Notes: generated from the sequence alone by a model not told the origin. Positions 29,189 to 41,000 are shown, numbered from the whole stretch's first letter. The stretch: DNA of 63,961 nt, filler included, from an uncultured bacterium (GCA_964471275.1; 3 parts of 3 records of this genome joined end to end with filler, not necessarily neighbours in it), one strand, 5' to 3'. Program-made: numbers and translations.

Positions 29189-30214
29189 ATGTTCGGATCT
29201 GAACCGAAAGATTCTGCCACGATTCTCCTCGACAATTTTAGTCTGGAGAAGCGGACCTGGGCTGTTGCGGGGGGCAAGGGAGGGACCGGCAAGACTGTCC
29301 TGACGTCCAACCTGGGCGTCGGCCTAGCCATCCTTGGCTATAAGGTCGTCCTGATCGATGCCGACCTCGGGGGTGCAGACCTGCACCTCTCTTTCGGTAT
29401 GCCAGTCCCAAAACGCAACCTGAACGATTTCCTCAGCGGTCGAGTCGAGTCGCTCGAGGACGTCATCCTCCCGACACCAAGCGCAAATCTCAGCATCATC
29501 TGCGGCGGCAGCGAGTTGATCGGACTGGCGAACCTGCCTTATCAGCGCAAAGAGAAGCTGAAGCGTCACATCAACAATCTTGATGCGGACTTCGTCCTTG
29601 TCGATCTGGGTGCGGGTACCGCCTACAACACGCTGGACTTCTTCATCATATCGAATGAGGGCGCGATCGTCTGTAACCCGGAGCCGCAGGCGAAGATCGA
29701 TGCCTACGCCTTCGTCAAGAATGCCGTCTACAGAAGACTGCTCCAGAACTTTGGTCGCAACACGATTCTTAAGGAGACGATCCTGAAGTTCGGAAACAGC
29801 GGCCAAAGAGCGACCAAAATCCGGAATCTGATCGAGATGCTCGGTAACCACATGGCCGAGTTCGGCGACAAGGCCCAGTCCCTGGTTGACAACTTCCGCC
29901 CGAAATTGATCATGAACAAAGTTCGCAAGAAGAGCCAGGTCGAGGATGCGGAACGTTTTGTGTATCTGGTCCGGGAATATCTCAGCGTCGAGATGGAGTA
30001 CCTCGGACACATCGAGTATGACGAACGGGTTGTCGACGCCTGCGAAAACATGCGTCCGTTTCTGCTCGAGCAGCCAAACTCGAAGGTGTCGCTCAGCATC
30101 TACAACATCCTGTTCAACATGGGTGTCACCGACCGACAGCTTCGATACGACAGCAAAACCTACAAGAAGATGTCCAAAGGCGTTCGGCTCGAATCCAAGC
30201 TTTGGAAAGACTGA
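29189..30214 (+). CDS. MinD/ParA/FlhG family P-loop ATPase
   Basis: Deviant Walker A GGKGGTGKT, plus DADLGGADLH and DLGAGT. Confidence 0.9.
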   Translation: MFGSEPKDSATILLDNFSLEKRTWAVAGGKGGTGKTVLTSNLGVGLAILGYKVVLIDADLGGADLHLSFGMPVPKRNLNDFLSGRVESLEDVILPTPSANLSIICGGSELIGLANLPYQRKEKLKRHINNLDADFVLVDLGAGTAYNTLDFFIISNEGAIVCNPEPQAKIDAYAFVKNAVYRRLLQNFGRNTILKETILKFGNSGQRATKIRNLIEMLGNHMAEFGDKAQSLVDNFRPKLIMNKVRKKSQVEDAERFVYLVREYLSVEMEYLGHIEYDERVVDACENMRPFLLEQPNSKVSLSIYNILFNMGVTDRQLRYDSKTYKKMSKGVRLESKLWKD

Positions 30215-30215
30215 G

Positions 30216-31325
30216 ATGGCAGTAGGTCTATCGAACTGGATACAGAGGTCGGTTCTGCATCCTCTGGCGCTTCAGATTGCGACCCCGAGGAATGCCCACG
30301 ATAATTCCCCGGCATTCTCGGTCGCAGATGCCCTGCGAGACCCCAAGCGGATCCTGGTGATTCCTGACAACCAGCCGGGCGGCATCTTCATCGGTGCTTC
30401 CAAGTTCTGGGCGATTCGGGAACGTTACCCGAACGCTTCACTCGATCTCCTAGCTCACAACAAGAAAGAGTTCATCGCACGCGAAATCCCGTTCATTGAC
30501 GAAACCATCCTCTACAACAATTTCGTTCTGCCGATCGGGTCTCGCCGGCGTGACGTGATCGATCGCCTGAGCAAACGCGACTACGACCTGGCCTTCTGCT
30601 TCAGCAACATCGAGGACTTCTGCCCCGCATACTATTGCTACAAGAGCGGCGCCCGTGTCAGGATCGGGTTTCAGTCTGACGAGGTGGCGTTCTTCAATAT
30701 CCGGGTTGTGCCGAAGACGAAGGCCACATACGAACCGGATCGGCTATCGCTGCTGCTGGACATCCTGGGCATTCCCGAATCGAATGAGGGTGTGTCCTGG
30801 TCTGTTTCCGAAGAGGGGGCTCGGAAGATTCGGGACCGATACCTCGTGGGGAGCATGGCAGGAGAACGATTTGTGGGTCTGGACATCAGCACGGCTCTGG
30901 GCGAAACACCCTCGACAAAGCAATTCCTCGCGATCGCGAAGACGGCAGCAAAACAGCCAAACACGCGTGTGTTGATTTTTTTCAACTACGAGGAGAGGAA
31001 AGAGGCGAACCAGATCAAGGAAGCGCTCGGTCCAAAAGCGCTGATGTTCCAGAATGAGGATCTGCCACGTCTGGTGGTCCTGCTGGAGGCGTGCGACCGG
31101 ATTATCGCGGGGAATACAGACATCTTCCACCTGGCGATTTCGATGGGTCGTCCCGTGACGGGCATATTCCCGCAGGATCAGATTCCCCACTGGGCTCCCG
31201 AGGCAAAGGGGGGCATAGGGATCATGGATCTGGATAACCTGAGAGCGCGGCCGGAGCAGGAAATCTCCCACGCGCTCAGTGATCCTGCCGTTTCAAGCAC
31301 ACAGCGGGAAAGTGTCTCCGTGTGA
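30216..31325 (+). CDS. glycosyltransferase family 9 (heptosyltransferase-like), divergent
   Basis: KRILVI, IRERYPNASLDLL, YDLAF, SGARVRIGF and HLAISMGRPV.GIF segments. Confidence 0.75.
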   Translation: MAVGLSNWIQRSVLHPLALQIATPRNAHDNSPAFSVADALRDPKRILVIPDNQPGGIFIGASKFWAIRERYPNASLDLLAHNKKEFIAREIPFIDETILYNNFVLPIGSRRRDVIDRLSKRDYDLAFCFSNIEDFCPAYYCYKSGARVRIGFQSDEVAFFNIRVVPKTKATYEPDRLSLLLDILGIPESNEGVSWSVSEEGARKIRDRYLVGSMAGERFVGLDISTALGETPSTKQFLAIAKTAAKQPNTRVLIFFNYEERKEANQIKEALGPKALMFQNEDLPRLVVLLEACDRIIAGNTDIFHLAISMGRPVTGIFPQDQIPHWAPEAKGGIGIMDLDNLRARPEQEISHALSDPAVSSTQRESVSV

Positions 31326-31503
31326 TTTGAGGCACAGTTTTTCAACCAGATTTGAATATCTTTCACATTAGACTCCTGTTTGCGGGGAGTTTCTTTTTTC
31401 TGGTGTTATAGCAAACCTTCCTTAATTTTGCGCGTCTCTTGTCGAGACCGCCAGGGATCTGTCCTTTCAGACCGGCCACCACTCAAGCTTTGGAGGATGT
31501 ATC

Positions 31504-34500
31504 ATGTGTGCCAACTGGGCGAAGAGCCTGAATGATTTGTGCCGTGTGGGAATCATTGCCCTCGCCACCCTTGTCATCCCATTCCTCCTCGGCAGTCCTG
31601 TGTCTGCGCAGCAGGCCTCTGCCGACGTGCAGATTGGTTCGGGAGACAGGGAGCTTTCGGATGCGACTACGATCGAAGCGGAAGCCGGCGAGACCGTAGT
31701 CATCGAGATCTTCGCGACGGGATACTCCGGTCAGCGGGGAGTGGAGGCTGTCTTTACTTCCGATGATCCCACTGCTATCGAGAGCCCTTCGTTCTCGAGT
31801 GCCTCCGTGTATAATCTCGTCCTGCCCGCATTCAACGACAACCGCTACAGCGGCAGCTTCTCGACCTTCGGCGCGCTGCCCACCGAGACGGACAATTCTC
31901 TGAAATTCCTGGGCAACCTGACATTCACGCTCTCGAGTACGTTCACCTCGGTGACTCTGACATTCGAGCAGATGAACTTCGGGACCCAGACAACAATCAA
32001 CCCGGGGATGACCATCGTCATCGCAAACCCGGGTGCACTGCCAAAGACCTTTATCGCGGACATGGACCCGCACTCCGGGAACCAGGGGAGTCTGTCCAGC
32101 CGCGCAAATCCGGGCGGGCATTTCCCGGTACAGACCTTTGTCACGGGTCTCAGCGAAGTGGACGAGGTGGAGATCCAGGTCGAGGTCGACGGGGATCAGT
32201 TGAAAGCGGCACGTACGACCTTCATCCCCAATCCACCGTTCAAGATCGCAGTCGGGACTGCAGGAGGCCTGCCGGAGACAGCTCCCTCGAGCTTCAGCAA
32301 TGCTGCCTTTGACATCCAGAACATGCCCGATGGTTCACACAGCCCGGACGGGCTGTCCACCGTCGCCGACAAGGGCTCCAAGGTCGCGCTCGAGATCTAC
32401 GGATCCGGCTATGAAGGAGCGAACGGTGTAACCGTCCGGATTGCCGTGAGCGATCCGTCCGCCATCCGTGCAGTGACGTCTACACCATCCACCCACTTCA
32501 ACATCAAGCTGTCGGAGCCGAGTATCACGGGCAACACGATCGAGCTCAGCTTGGGCAACCTGTTTGCCCCCGCAGCTGCATCATTCCAGCTCGTGGCGAC
32601 GTTGGGCATCGAGCTGTCCGAGAATTTCAACGGGCTTGGGCTTGAGGTGACCAGCATCGACTTCCCCCCAAGCGGCGTCTCGGGCAACCCGGACGCGGCT
32701 CTGACGATCGTCCCAACGGGGGGCGTCCAAGCACCGCCCGTTTCACTCAGCGGAAACACCCTCACGCTCAGACTTCAGTCGCAGATCCCCGTAAGCGGGA
32801 ACGCCGGTCTGGGTCAGTTTGTCTTCGCTACAACTGCCGACTTCACGCAGACGCAACTCAATTTCAATCGTATCACGTTCATCACCGACGAAGTCCCTTC
32901 GAGTATCGAGCCGAACTTCGTCGTATCCGTCAAATCGAACTTGAGCAAGGCCCCGACTGTCAGCGAACCCCCGACGACGGTATCGATCACGGACGTGACC
33001 GCCCGAATTCGCTGGGTAACCAACCGACCAGGAACGGGCAAGGTGATCTACGGGATGGACCCCGGAAATCTCGATCAGGAAGCAACCGAGACAACGGACC
33101 TCAGGCTTCACCGAGTGGACATCAGCGGCCTGAACCTGGGTACACGATACTTCTACAAGGTCATCACGACGGACTCCGCAGAGAACGAATCCGATGCGTT
33201 CCCGCAGCGACCGCTCATCTTTGTCACGCGGCGTCAGTCGGACACGGCCCCGCCGCGGATCGTGAAAGGACCCGCCGCCGTCGGTGTAACGACGGATGCC
33301 GTGACGATTCTCGTCAAAACAGACGAGATCGCGACAATCGACATCCTCTACGGATCTTCTGCAGAGACATTGGATCAAACTGTCAGCAGCACTGATGCAA
33401 AACTGGTCCACGAGCTCCATCTGACGGGCCTCACACCCGGTGAAACGATCTTCTTCAAGGCGAGGGCGACGGACCAAATCGGGAATGCGATCACGACACC
33501 GAACGCAAAGCAATTCCGTCTTCGTTCGACCGTCGACGCGTCAGCACCCCGAATCATCGGTCGACCCACCGTTCTCGGGGCGACGTTCAACTCCGCCGTT
33601 CTCAGATGGCTTACAACAGAGCCCAGCACGAGCACGGTCCGATTCGGATTCGAGGATGCGCTCGAGGATTCCGCTGGGTCACTCGAGCTTGTGAATACAC
33701 ACAACGTCGCGCTGTCCAACCTGCTAGCGGACACCCTCTACACCTACCAGGTCGAGTCTGTAGATGCGTCAGGCAACCCGGTGACAAGCCCGACATTCAC
33801 GTTCAAGACCCGTGGCGAAGAGGATACGAAGGATCCGCAAATCGTACGTCCGCCCGTGGTTGCAAGACGAAGTGACACGGAGGCACTGATCGTCTTTGAG
33901 ACCAACGAACCGTCAACTGTAACCGTTCAGGTCGGCAGCAACATAGAGGTAACCACCGACACGACCGGTGTCGAGGGTGAATCCTTCTCGACATCGACAG
34001 CTTCTCGTCGGCAAGAGGTTCTGCTGACCAATTTGGATCCTGGGACCGTCTACTTCTACCGAGTGGCCGTCACGGACATCTCGGGGAATGGCCCGACATA
34101 CAACGTCGGTCAGTTATCCTTCGCGACGCGTGGCAAAGCGGACACAGCTGCGCCGGTCATCCTCCAAAGACCCGTAGCGATCGGCATCACGGAAGAGGGC
34201 GCCAGTATCAACTGGGCGGCTGATGAACCACACACAGCGATTATCCGCTACAGGGCGAAGGCGGCGGCCAAGCAGACCGTAGGGGAATTCGACGAAGCGA
34301 TTGAAGACTTGGAGTTTTCGCGTAAACACGCAGTGGTGATAGCCGGGCTAGTTTCAGCTACCACTTACCAGGTTGAGGTCGAGACAAGTGATGCGGAAGG
34401 TAACACGTCGATTTCGTCCGGTCTCGAGTTCACGACTTCGACCGGCGCAGACACGGACGCCCCCACGATCGTACGCGGACCTCGGGTCACAAACATCACG

Positions 34501-37500
34501 GCAAGTTCAGCCACAGTCGAGTGGGGAACGGATGAGCCTGCCGACACGCGTGTGAATTGGGGCAAAACCATCGATTACGGCGAAACGGCGGAAGTCGCCG
34601 AAGGTGTGCGGTTCCACACGATGACGATCACTGACCTCGAAGCGGCGACGACCTACCACTACTCGGTCGAGTCGTCAGACGCATCCGGTAACGTCGTTAC
34701 GACGGATGCGAGCGGTACGACGACCGGTCTCAGCCAAGACCACCGGTTCCGCACGCGCTCGGCGCCGGATACGAATCCTCCAGTCATCACAGAAGGGCCA
34801 CTTGCCGAGATCAGGAACAACCTGGCTATCTTAAAGTGGAGGACGGATGAGCGCTCCACCTCGCGTGTTGCCATCGGTGTCATCCCGGGCTCTGATAACG
34901 CAAGCGTCGACGGTGCTACTGTCTTTGGTGAAGCTTCGCAGCTCGTCGAGGACAGCAATGTTATGACGCGTCGTCACGTGGTGACGATTACCGGTTTGTC
35001 CCCGGGTCTTGCCTACCTGTACCAGGTCAGTTCGACCGATGCGGCGGGCAACACGGTCTCGGGTACAGACCCCACCCTCCCCACAAAGCTGCAGCCGCCG
35101 GGTGGCTTCGGGAGCTTCACGACGACCACGGAAGCAGATACACAGTTCCCGGTCATCACGGGCGGACCGACGGTTGTAGCATCGACGTCCTCGAGCCTCA
35201 CCGTCGAATGGGCCACCGATGAGAGTTCCAACGGGACAATCGATTTTGGCACATCTGACGCAGGTCTTGGCTCGCAGGAAGTCACCGGAACGAACGAGAC
35301 GACACACCGACTCGTCCTGACCAAGCTCACAACCGGAACGACCTATGCGTACCAGGTTGGCTCGACGGACGCATCGGGCAACGGGGCGACCAAGAGTGCG
35401 ATCGTCTACGGAACGACGGCGGCCAGCGAGGATCTGACAGCTCCAGTCATATCCGGCACACCGGGCGTCATCTACGTGAACGACCGGCAGGCAACGATCA
35501 GCTGGGAGACCAGTGAGGCAGCGGATTCCGAAGTCGCCTTCGGAACCTCGGCGGATCAGCTGCTTGAGGTTCGGAACGATTCGGAGTTCAACGCAAGCCA
35601 CAGCATCACGCTCACAAACCTGACCGCGGGCACCACTTATTACTACACGGTCAGTTCGACGGACCAGAACAACAACGGCCCGGCCACGAGCTCAGTGCTC
35701 GAGTTCAGCACGGAAGCGTTACCCGATACGGCTCCGCCCGTCACGTCGACAGTCTCCTCATCGACAACCGACACTGAGGCCATCATCACGTGGACAACGG
35801 ACGAGCTGTCTGACAGTGCTGTCCGGTTCGGGACACAGTCGGGCAGTCTGGACTTCAACACGGGTGAGTCCGAGGACGTGCTCGATCACAGCATTGCCCT
35901 CACAAACCTTCAGCCCTCGACCACTTACAGCTATTCGGTCGTTTCGATCGACAGGTCGGGGAACCAGGGCACGGCAAGCACAGAGCAGACGTTCACAACA
36001 CTTGCAGAAGGTGAAACACCCACACTCGCGGCGCCGACGGCAGTATCTGCAACCGCTGGCAACGGTGCCGTCCAACTGTCTTGGACGGGCAGCACGTCCG
36101 GCGGCGTGGTGGGTGTAGTCGTCGAGCGGGAGGCTGGTGACGGTACTTTCTCATCGATTGCCACGCTGGAAGACGTGACTACATACATCGACAACAACGT
36201 CGAGAACGGTACCACCTACAGCTACCAGATCCGTGCTGTTGGTCTGAACTCGGTACAGAGTGACGCGTCCACAGCTTCTACAACCGTCACACCTGCCGCA
36301 GGCGGCGGGCCCTCCACACCGTCACTGTCCATCAAGCAGGGCAACCCACTGCAGCCGACGTTTGTTGTCAAGAACAGCACGCCGCTCAGCACGGGCGATG
36401 TTCTGAACTACACGTTCCAATTGTCCTCGTCGTCCGATTTCTCGGATGCGATTTCGCTGGACTCCGGTCTGAGCGAAGGTTCGGGGATCGGTACTTCCGA
36501 CCCGTCGGGAATCACGGCCTGGACAGTCGACCGTGAACTGGACGACGGCACCACCTATCACTACCGCATCAAGGCCAGTGACGGCACATTCGACAGTGAC
36601 TTCCTTACTGGATCTTTCACGGCCAATAGTGCGGATCTGCCGTTCCCGGGTGACATCGACGGTGACTTCACCGTTGGATTCGGTGACTTCCTGAGTCTGG
36701 TCGGTACCTTCAACAAGACATCGGGTGATGCGGAGTACGTCGCTGGTGCCGATTTTGATGGGAGCGGCGCGGTGGACTTCACCGACTTCCTGACCTTTGT
36801 CGGCGCCTTCGGCACCCAGTTCGTGCAGGGCGACGACGCATCGTCCAAGCGGGTAACGATCGCGATGACATACGGTATTGATGCGTTGACACGGCTCGAA
36901 ATGGTAGGTCGCCCAACGTCTAGTGAGGCAGGCAGCGAACTGATCGTTGAGGTCCACGCAAAGAATGCGACGGATCTGATGGGAACGGGCTTCCGGCTCA
37001 ACTATAACACGGATGCCCTGGAGTTCGTCGAATCCTACCAGGGGACGGACGCACTGCTGAATTCGGACGATCGTAAGGCACAGATGTTCGCCACGCTCGA
37101 GCACGACGCGGCAAAGGGCGACGTGTTTGTTGCCGGAGCCATAACAGAAGGCGGGGCTGTTTCGGGCGACGGGGTTATCGCGCGTCTTCGATTCGTCCTT
37201 ACGGCAGACCATCCGCAGGGCAGCCTGATCAACTTTGTGGAAGGCCTCGTGATCGACGGCAAGCTCAACGCCAACACGACACCGAACCTCGGTGCACGGC
37301 TGGCGTTGGTACCCCAGACATTCGGGCTCGAACGCAACTTCCCGAATCCCTTCAACCCGGAAACCACGATTCGCTACGCGATACCGGAAGCCGCTCAGGT
37401 CCGCCTCGTCGTCTACAACGTCCTCGGACAAGAAGTCACACGACTCGTGGACAAGCACCAGGTGCCAGGGCTCTACGCGCTCCGGTGGGATGGCAGGGAT

Positions 37501-37605
37501 TCGTTCGGACGAGGAGTCGCAAGCGGCGTATATCTCTATAAGATCCAGGCCGCAGGCGAAACACAGCGCTTCTCACAGATTCACAAGATGCTGCTCCTGA
37601 AGTAA
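31504..37605 (+). CDS. giant secreted protein: cohesin-like domains, about 12 FN3-like repeats, dockerin/EF-hand, cohesin and FlgD/T9SS-like C-terminal domain
   Basis: Signal peptide; repeats of DTxxPxI...W.TDE...H...L..L.PGT.Y.Y.V.S.D..GN; paired GDIDGDF/ADFDGSG.VDF.DF motifs; C-terminal NFPNPFNPETTIRY...WDGRD...SGVY...KMLLLK. Confidence 0.9.
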   Translation: MCANWAKSLNDLCRVGIIALATLVIPFLLGSPVSAQQASADVQIGSGDRELSDATTIEAEAGETVVIEIFATGYSGQRGVEAVFTSDDPTAIESPSFSSASVYNLVLPAFNDNRYSGSFSTFGALPTETDNSLKFLGNLTFTLSSTFTSVTLTFEQMNFGTQTTINPGMTIVIANPGALPKTFIADMDPHSGNQGSLSSRANPGGHFPVQTFVTGLSEVDEVEIQVEVDGDQLKAARTTFIPNPPFKIAVGTAGGLPETAPSSFSNAAFDIQNMPDGSHSPDGLSTVADKGSKVALEIYGSGYEGANGVTVRIAVSDPSAIRAVTSTPSTHFNIKLSEPSITGNTIELSLGNLFAPAAASFQLVATLGIELSENFNGLGLEVTSIDFPPSGVSGNPDAALTIVPTGGVQAPPVSLSGNTLTLRLQSQIPVSGNAGLGQFVFATTADFTQTQLNFNRITFITDEVPSSIEPNFVVSVKSNLSKAPTVSEPPTTVSITDVTARIRWVTNRPGTGKVIYGMDPGNLDQEATETTDLRLHRVDISGLNLGTRYFYKVITTDSAENESDAFPQRPLIFVTRRQSDTAPPRIVKGPAAVGVTTDAVTILVKTDEIATIDILYGSSAETLDQTVSSTDAKLVHELHLTGLTPGETIFFKARATDQIGNAITTPNAKQFRLRSTVDASAPRIIGRPTVLGATFNSAVLRWLTTEPSTSTVRFGFEDALEDSAGSLELVNTHNVALSNLLADTLYTYQVESVDASGNPVTSPTFTFKTRGEEDTKDPQIVRPPVVARRSDTEALIVFETNEPSTVTVQVGSNIEVTTDTTGVEGESFSTSTASRRQEVLLTNLDPGTVYFYRVAVTDISGNGPTYNVGQLSFATRGKADTAAPVILQRPVAIGITEEGASINWAADEPHTAIIRYRAKAAAKQTVGEFDEAIEDLEFSRKHAVVIAGLVSATTYQVEVETSDAEGNTSISSGLEFTTSTGADTDAPTIVRGPRVTNITASSATVEWGTDEPADTRVNWGKTIDYGETAEVAEGVRFHTMTITDLEAATTYHYSVESSDASGNVVTTDASGTTTGLSQDHRFRTRSAPDTNPPVITEGPLAEIRNNLAILKWRTDERSTSRVAIGVIPGSDNASVDGATVFGEASQLVEDSNVMTRRHVVTITGLSPGLAYLYQVSSTDAAGNTVSGTDPTLPTKLQPPGGFGSFTTTTEADTQFPVITGGPTVVASTSSSLTVEWATDESSNGTIDFGTSDAGLGSQEVTGTNETTHRLVLTKLTTGTTYAYQVGSTDASGNGATKSAIVYGTTAASEDLTAPVISGTPGVIYVNDRQATISWETSEAADSEVAFGTSADQLLEVRNDSEFNASHSITLTNLTAGTTYYYTVSSTDQNNNGPATSSVLEFSTEALPDTAPPVTSTVSSSTTDTEAIITWTTDELSDSAVRFGTQSGSLDFNTGESEDVLDHSIALTNLQPSTTYSYSVVSIDRSGNQGTASTEQTFTTLAEGETPTLAAPTAVSATAGNGAVQLSWTGSTSGGVVGVVVEREAGDGTFSSIATLEDVTTYIDNNVENGTTYSYQIRAVGLNSVQSDASTASTTVTPAAGGGPSTPSLSIKQGNPLQPTFVVKNSTPLSTGDVLNYTFQLSSSSDFSDAISLDSGLSEGSGIGTSDPSGITAWTVDRELDDGTTYHYRIKASDGTFDSDFLTGSFTANSADLPFPGDIDGDFTVGFGDFLSLVGTFNKTSGDAEYVAGADFDGSGAVDFTDFLTFVGAFGTQFVQGDDASSKRVTIAMTYGIDALTRLEMVGRPTSSEAGSELIVEVHAKNATDLMGTGFRLNYNTDALEFVESYQGTDALLNSDDRKAQMFATLEHDAAKGDVFVAGAITEGGAVSGDGVIARLRFVLTADHPQGSLINFVEGLVIDGKLNANTTPNLGARLALVPQTFGLERNFPNPFNPETTIRYAIPEAAQVRLVVYNVLGQEVTRLVDKHQVPGLYALRWDGRDSFGRGVASGVYLYKIQAAGETQRFSQIHKMLLLK

Positions 37606-37629
37606 GCTGAAGGAGATATCGCCAGTTGT

Positions 37630-37673
37630 CAGAAAGGGCCGACCGGGAAAACCTGGTCGGCCCTTTCTGTTTA
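37630..37673 (+). terminator. intrinsic terminator, possibly bidirectional
   Basis: 18-bp stem CAGAAAGGGCCGACCGGG-aaaa-CCTGGTCGGCCCTTTCTG followed by TTT. Confidence 0.85.
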
Positions 37674-38018
37674 GTTGATCCGTCCACCCATCATCCCAGG
37701 CCCGGCGAGGGATTTCTTACAGGTCTGGACCAGCACCACAGAATGATCGACGTCTACATATAACTTTTGCCTTGATTAACCCCAACTCAACAGTCGAAGA
37801 TCCGTCCTGAGATGTCGTCTTCGGCATCGGGGAACATCTGCTGTGGCCGCTATCACAACACGACTTTGAGACCAGATTCATCGGATCTTCCGGCGGGCCT
37901 TCTGAATTGCAGCATCTTCTTGAAATCGCTTGACTTCGGTGTTCGTGGGGCATAGACTTCCGGCGCTTGTTTTGGGTGACAAGAATCTGGATTTTCCTCC
38001 TTAATACGACTGAGGCGC

Positions 38019-41000
38019 ATGATCGTTATTCCTCCAGCCGGGAAACGACCGGGATTGATCCTGTTCCCCCTTCTGGCCTCACTTCTCGCCTTCCTGAACG
38101 TCGCACCCATCGATGCGCAGACGCTCGCCGTATCCCAGAATCTGACGGGGGTGTGGGGGGCTACCACGACCTGGGCGGACATCGATGGTGATGGTGATGC
38201 CGACCTCATCCTCACCGGACTGACCGGTCCTCCCAATTCGTGCGAACCCGTTACCCAGATCTACCGGAACGACGGCGGGATCCTATCCGAACAGAGCAGC
38301 AATCTGCCCGGCATTCATCTGGGTGCGTCCGCTTTCAGCGACTATGACGGCGATGGCGACCTGGACCTGGCACTCTCGGGTGTCAGCTCAGCCGGAACAG
38401 GTATGGTCGTCCTTTTCCGCAATACCAACGGCAGTTTTGCCGAAGATCTCGCACAATCCGACCTCCAGGCAGAAACCCTGCGCTACAGCGCCCTGGCCTG
38501 GGGAGACTACGACGGTGACGGTGACCCCGATCTGCTCGCCTCGGGCGTGACTGCCGCAGGAAATGCGCGAACCGTCCTCTACAAGAACGGAAGGATCGAC
38601 GCTGATCGTGTGGGGAGCCCGCTCGGCGGATCTCCCATTCTGCGGGTCGACGAGCCCAACTCCGAGAGAATCCTCAACCTGAACCAGGGGAGTCTCGGCT
38701 GGGGCGACATCGACGGAGACGGGGATCTTGACCTCGCGTTGACCGGCTATGGCACGGATGGGGGACGGCAGGCGGCGTTGTATGTGAACGAACCGCTTGG
38801 AACACTGACGCTCGATACCCGGAACAGCGGTCTGCCGGCACTCTCGGGTGGAGACCTGGCGTGGGCTGACTACGACAACGACGGAGATCTCGATCTTGCC
38901 GTATCGGGTTGGAACACGAACTGGGAGGCAACGTTCCAGATCTTCACGAACGCTGCCGGAATCCTCCGCGAGGACATTACGTTCAGTTCGAGGCGTATCG
39001 TCGGATCACTCGCTTGGGGCGACTATGACAACGATGGTGATCTGGACCTGCTCGCAGCCGGGCAGACGAACGTCTCTGAGCGACTGACGTTCGTCCTCCG
39101 AAACGAACCTGCCGGCACGTTAGCCGAGGACCCGAGCCAGACACTCACAGGTTCCCGCGGAGGCGATGCGGCCTGGGCGGACGTCGATGGCGACGGTCAG
39201 CTGGATCTGGTGGTGGCGGGCGAAGTCGATGGGGAAACACGCAAAACCACACTCTACCAGAATCAGAGCGGTAGGGCTGCAAACACAGCACCACAGCCAC
39301 CGGATCGCCTCGGCAGCCCGTTCGTCACGAGCCGCGGAGTGTCGCTCGACTGGAACGACGGGTCGGATACCGAGTCCCCCTCCACGGCACTGACCTACAA
39401 TCTGAGAATCGGTACGACCTCCGGCGGACACGATGTGTTCTCGGGTGCTCTCGCGGTGGGCGGGGGCAACGTCGGATCCTCAAAGACGTTGAGCCTGTCG
39501 ATACCGCTGGCTCGGGACACATACTTCTGGGCGGTACAGGCGGTCGACCCCGGCTATGAGGTGTCCGCCGAAAGCCAGGAGGAGATCTTCAGGGTTCAGG
39601 ATCTCGTCAGCTCCTCCCAGAACCTCAGACCGCTCCGGGATGCGGCACTCGACTGGGGCGATTACGATAACGATGGGGACGCAGACCTTATTCTCACGGG
39701 ACGGGACGTCGACAGTCGTGGTCGATCCATTCTTTACCGCAACGAAGGCGGTATCCTGACCGAGCGCTCAGACGTGGTCTTCCAGGGATTGCTCAGCGGC
39801 GACGCGGCCTGGGGGGACTACGATAACGATGGAGACCTCGACCTCGCACTCGTCGGAACGGACGCCTCGGGCAATCGCTTTACCCATCTCTACCGGAATC
39901 GTCTCGATCTCGGAGACTTCGCACTGAACATCATGAACGTCCAGAACCTTGCTCAGCTGGGTTCCGGCGACATCGACTGGGGTGATTTCGACAACGATGG
40001 GGACATCGATCTGGCGGCCATGGGTCAGATCAGCGGTCAGCGAATCGCCACGGTCTACCGGAATGACGCGGGTGACTTCGTCGAGGAAGAGACATTTACC
40101 CTCGGTGGCGCGGACAACGGCGACCTGCAGTGGGGAGACTACGACAACGATGGGGATCTGGATCTGGCCGTGATCGGACAGGTATCCGAAACGTTCCAGG
40201 CCGATCTGACGATTTACCGGAACGATCCGGTTGGCATCCTGACCCAGGACACACGGTCGGATCTGGCGGGATCGTTTGCCAGCTCGCTGGCTTGGGGAGA
40301 CTACGACAGCGACGGCGACCTGGACCTCGCGACAAGCGGATTTGACATCACCGTGGGCCGAATCACCCGCATCTACGACAACGACGGGTCTGGGTTGCTC
40401 TCCGTGAACGGACAATCGATCACGGGGGGGGCGGCTTCAGACCTGGAGTGGGGCGATTTCGACAACGACGGGGATCTCGACCTGGCTCTCCTCGGAAACG
40501 GCGCCTCGGCACCGCTCCTTCTGGTTTACAGGAACCAGGGCGGCACGTTCAGTGCGCAAACAATCGACGTGCTGCGAGGTGTAGACTTCGGCGCGCTCGG
40601 TTGGGCGGATATCGACAGTGATGGGGATCTAGATCTGCTCAGCGCCGGTCGTTCTTCTGAGGATGGTATCAACTTTGAGCTCTCGACCCGGGCAAACGAC
40701 AACCTCGAATCCCGGTTCAACCCGAACGTCAAACCGGTCCCGCCGGCGGAACTCACGGCTGGAACAACCGGCGCGGACGTACAGCTGACGTGGACGCCCG
40801 CGCAGGACGCGGGTACCAATGCGACGCCCGCTTCGGCGCTGACCTATGAAACGCGCGTTGGGAGTGAACCCGGATCCGACAACATCCGATCCGGTGTGTC
40901 GGCGATCGGTTTCGGTTCGATCCGGACGACCAGCCTTGTTCTACGGGACCTGCCGAGCGGACGATATTTCTGGTCCACGAGGACGATTGACGCCGCAATG

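Noticed and set aside
29946..30215. 90-aa N-terminal extension of GT9 overlapping the MinD-like gene
   Set aside because: An alternate-frame overlap. ATG 30216 directly after the upstream stop is the plausible start.
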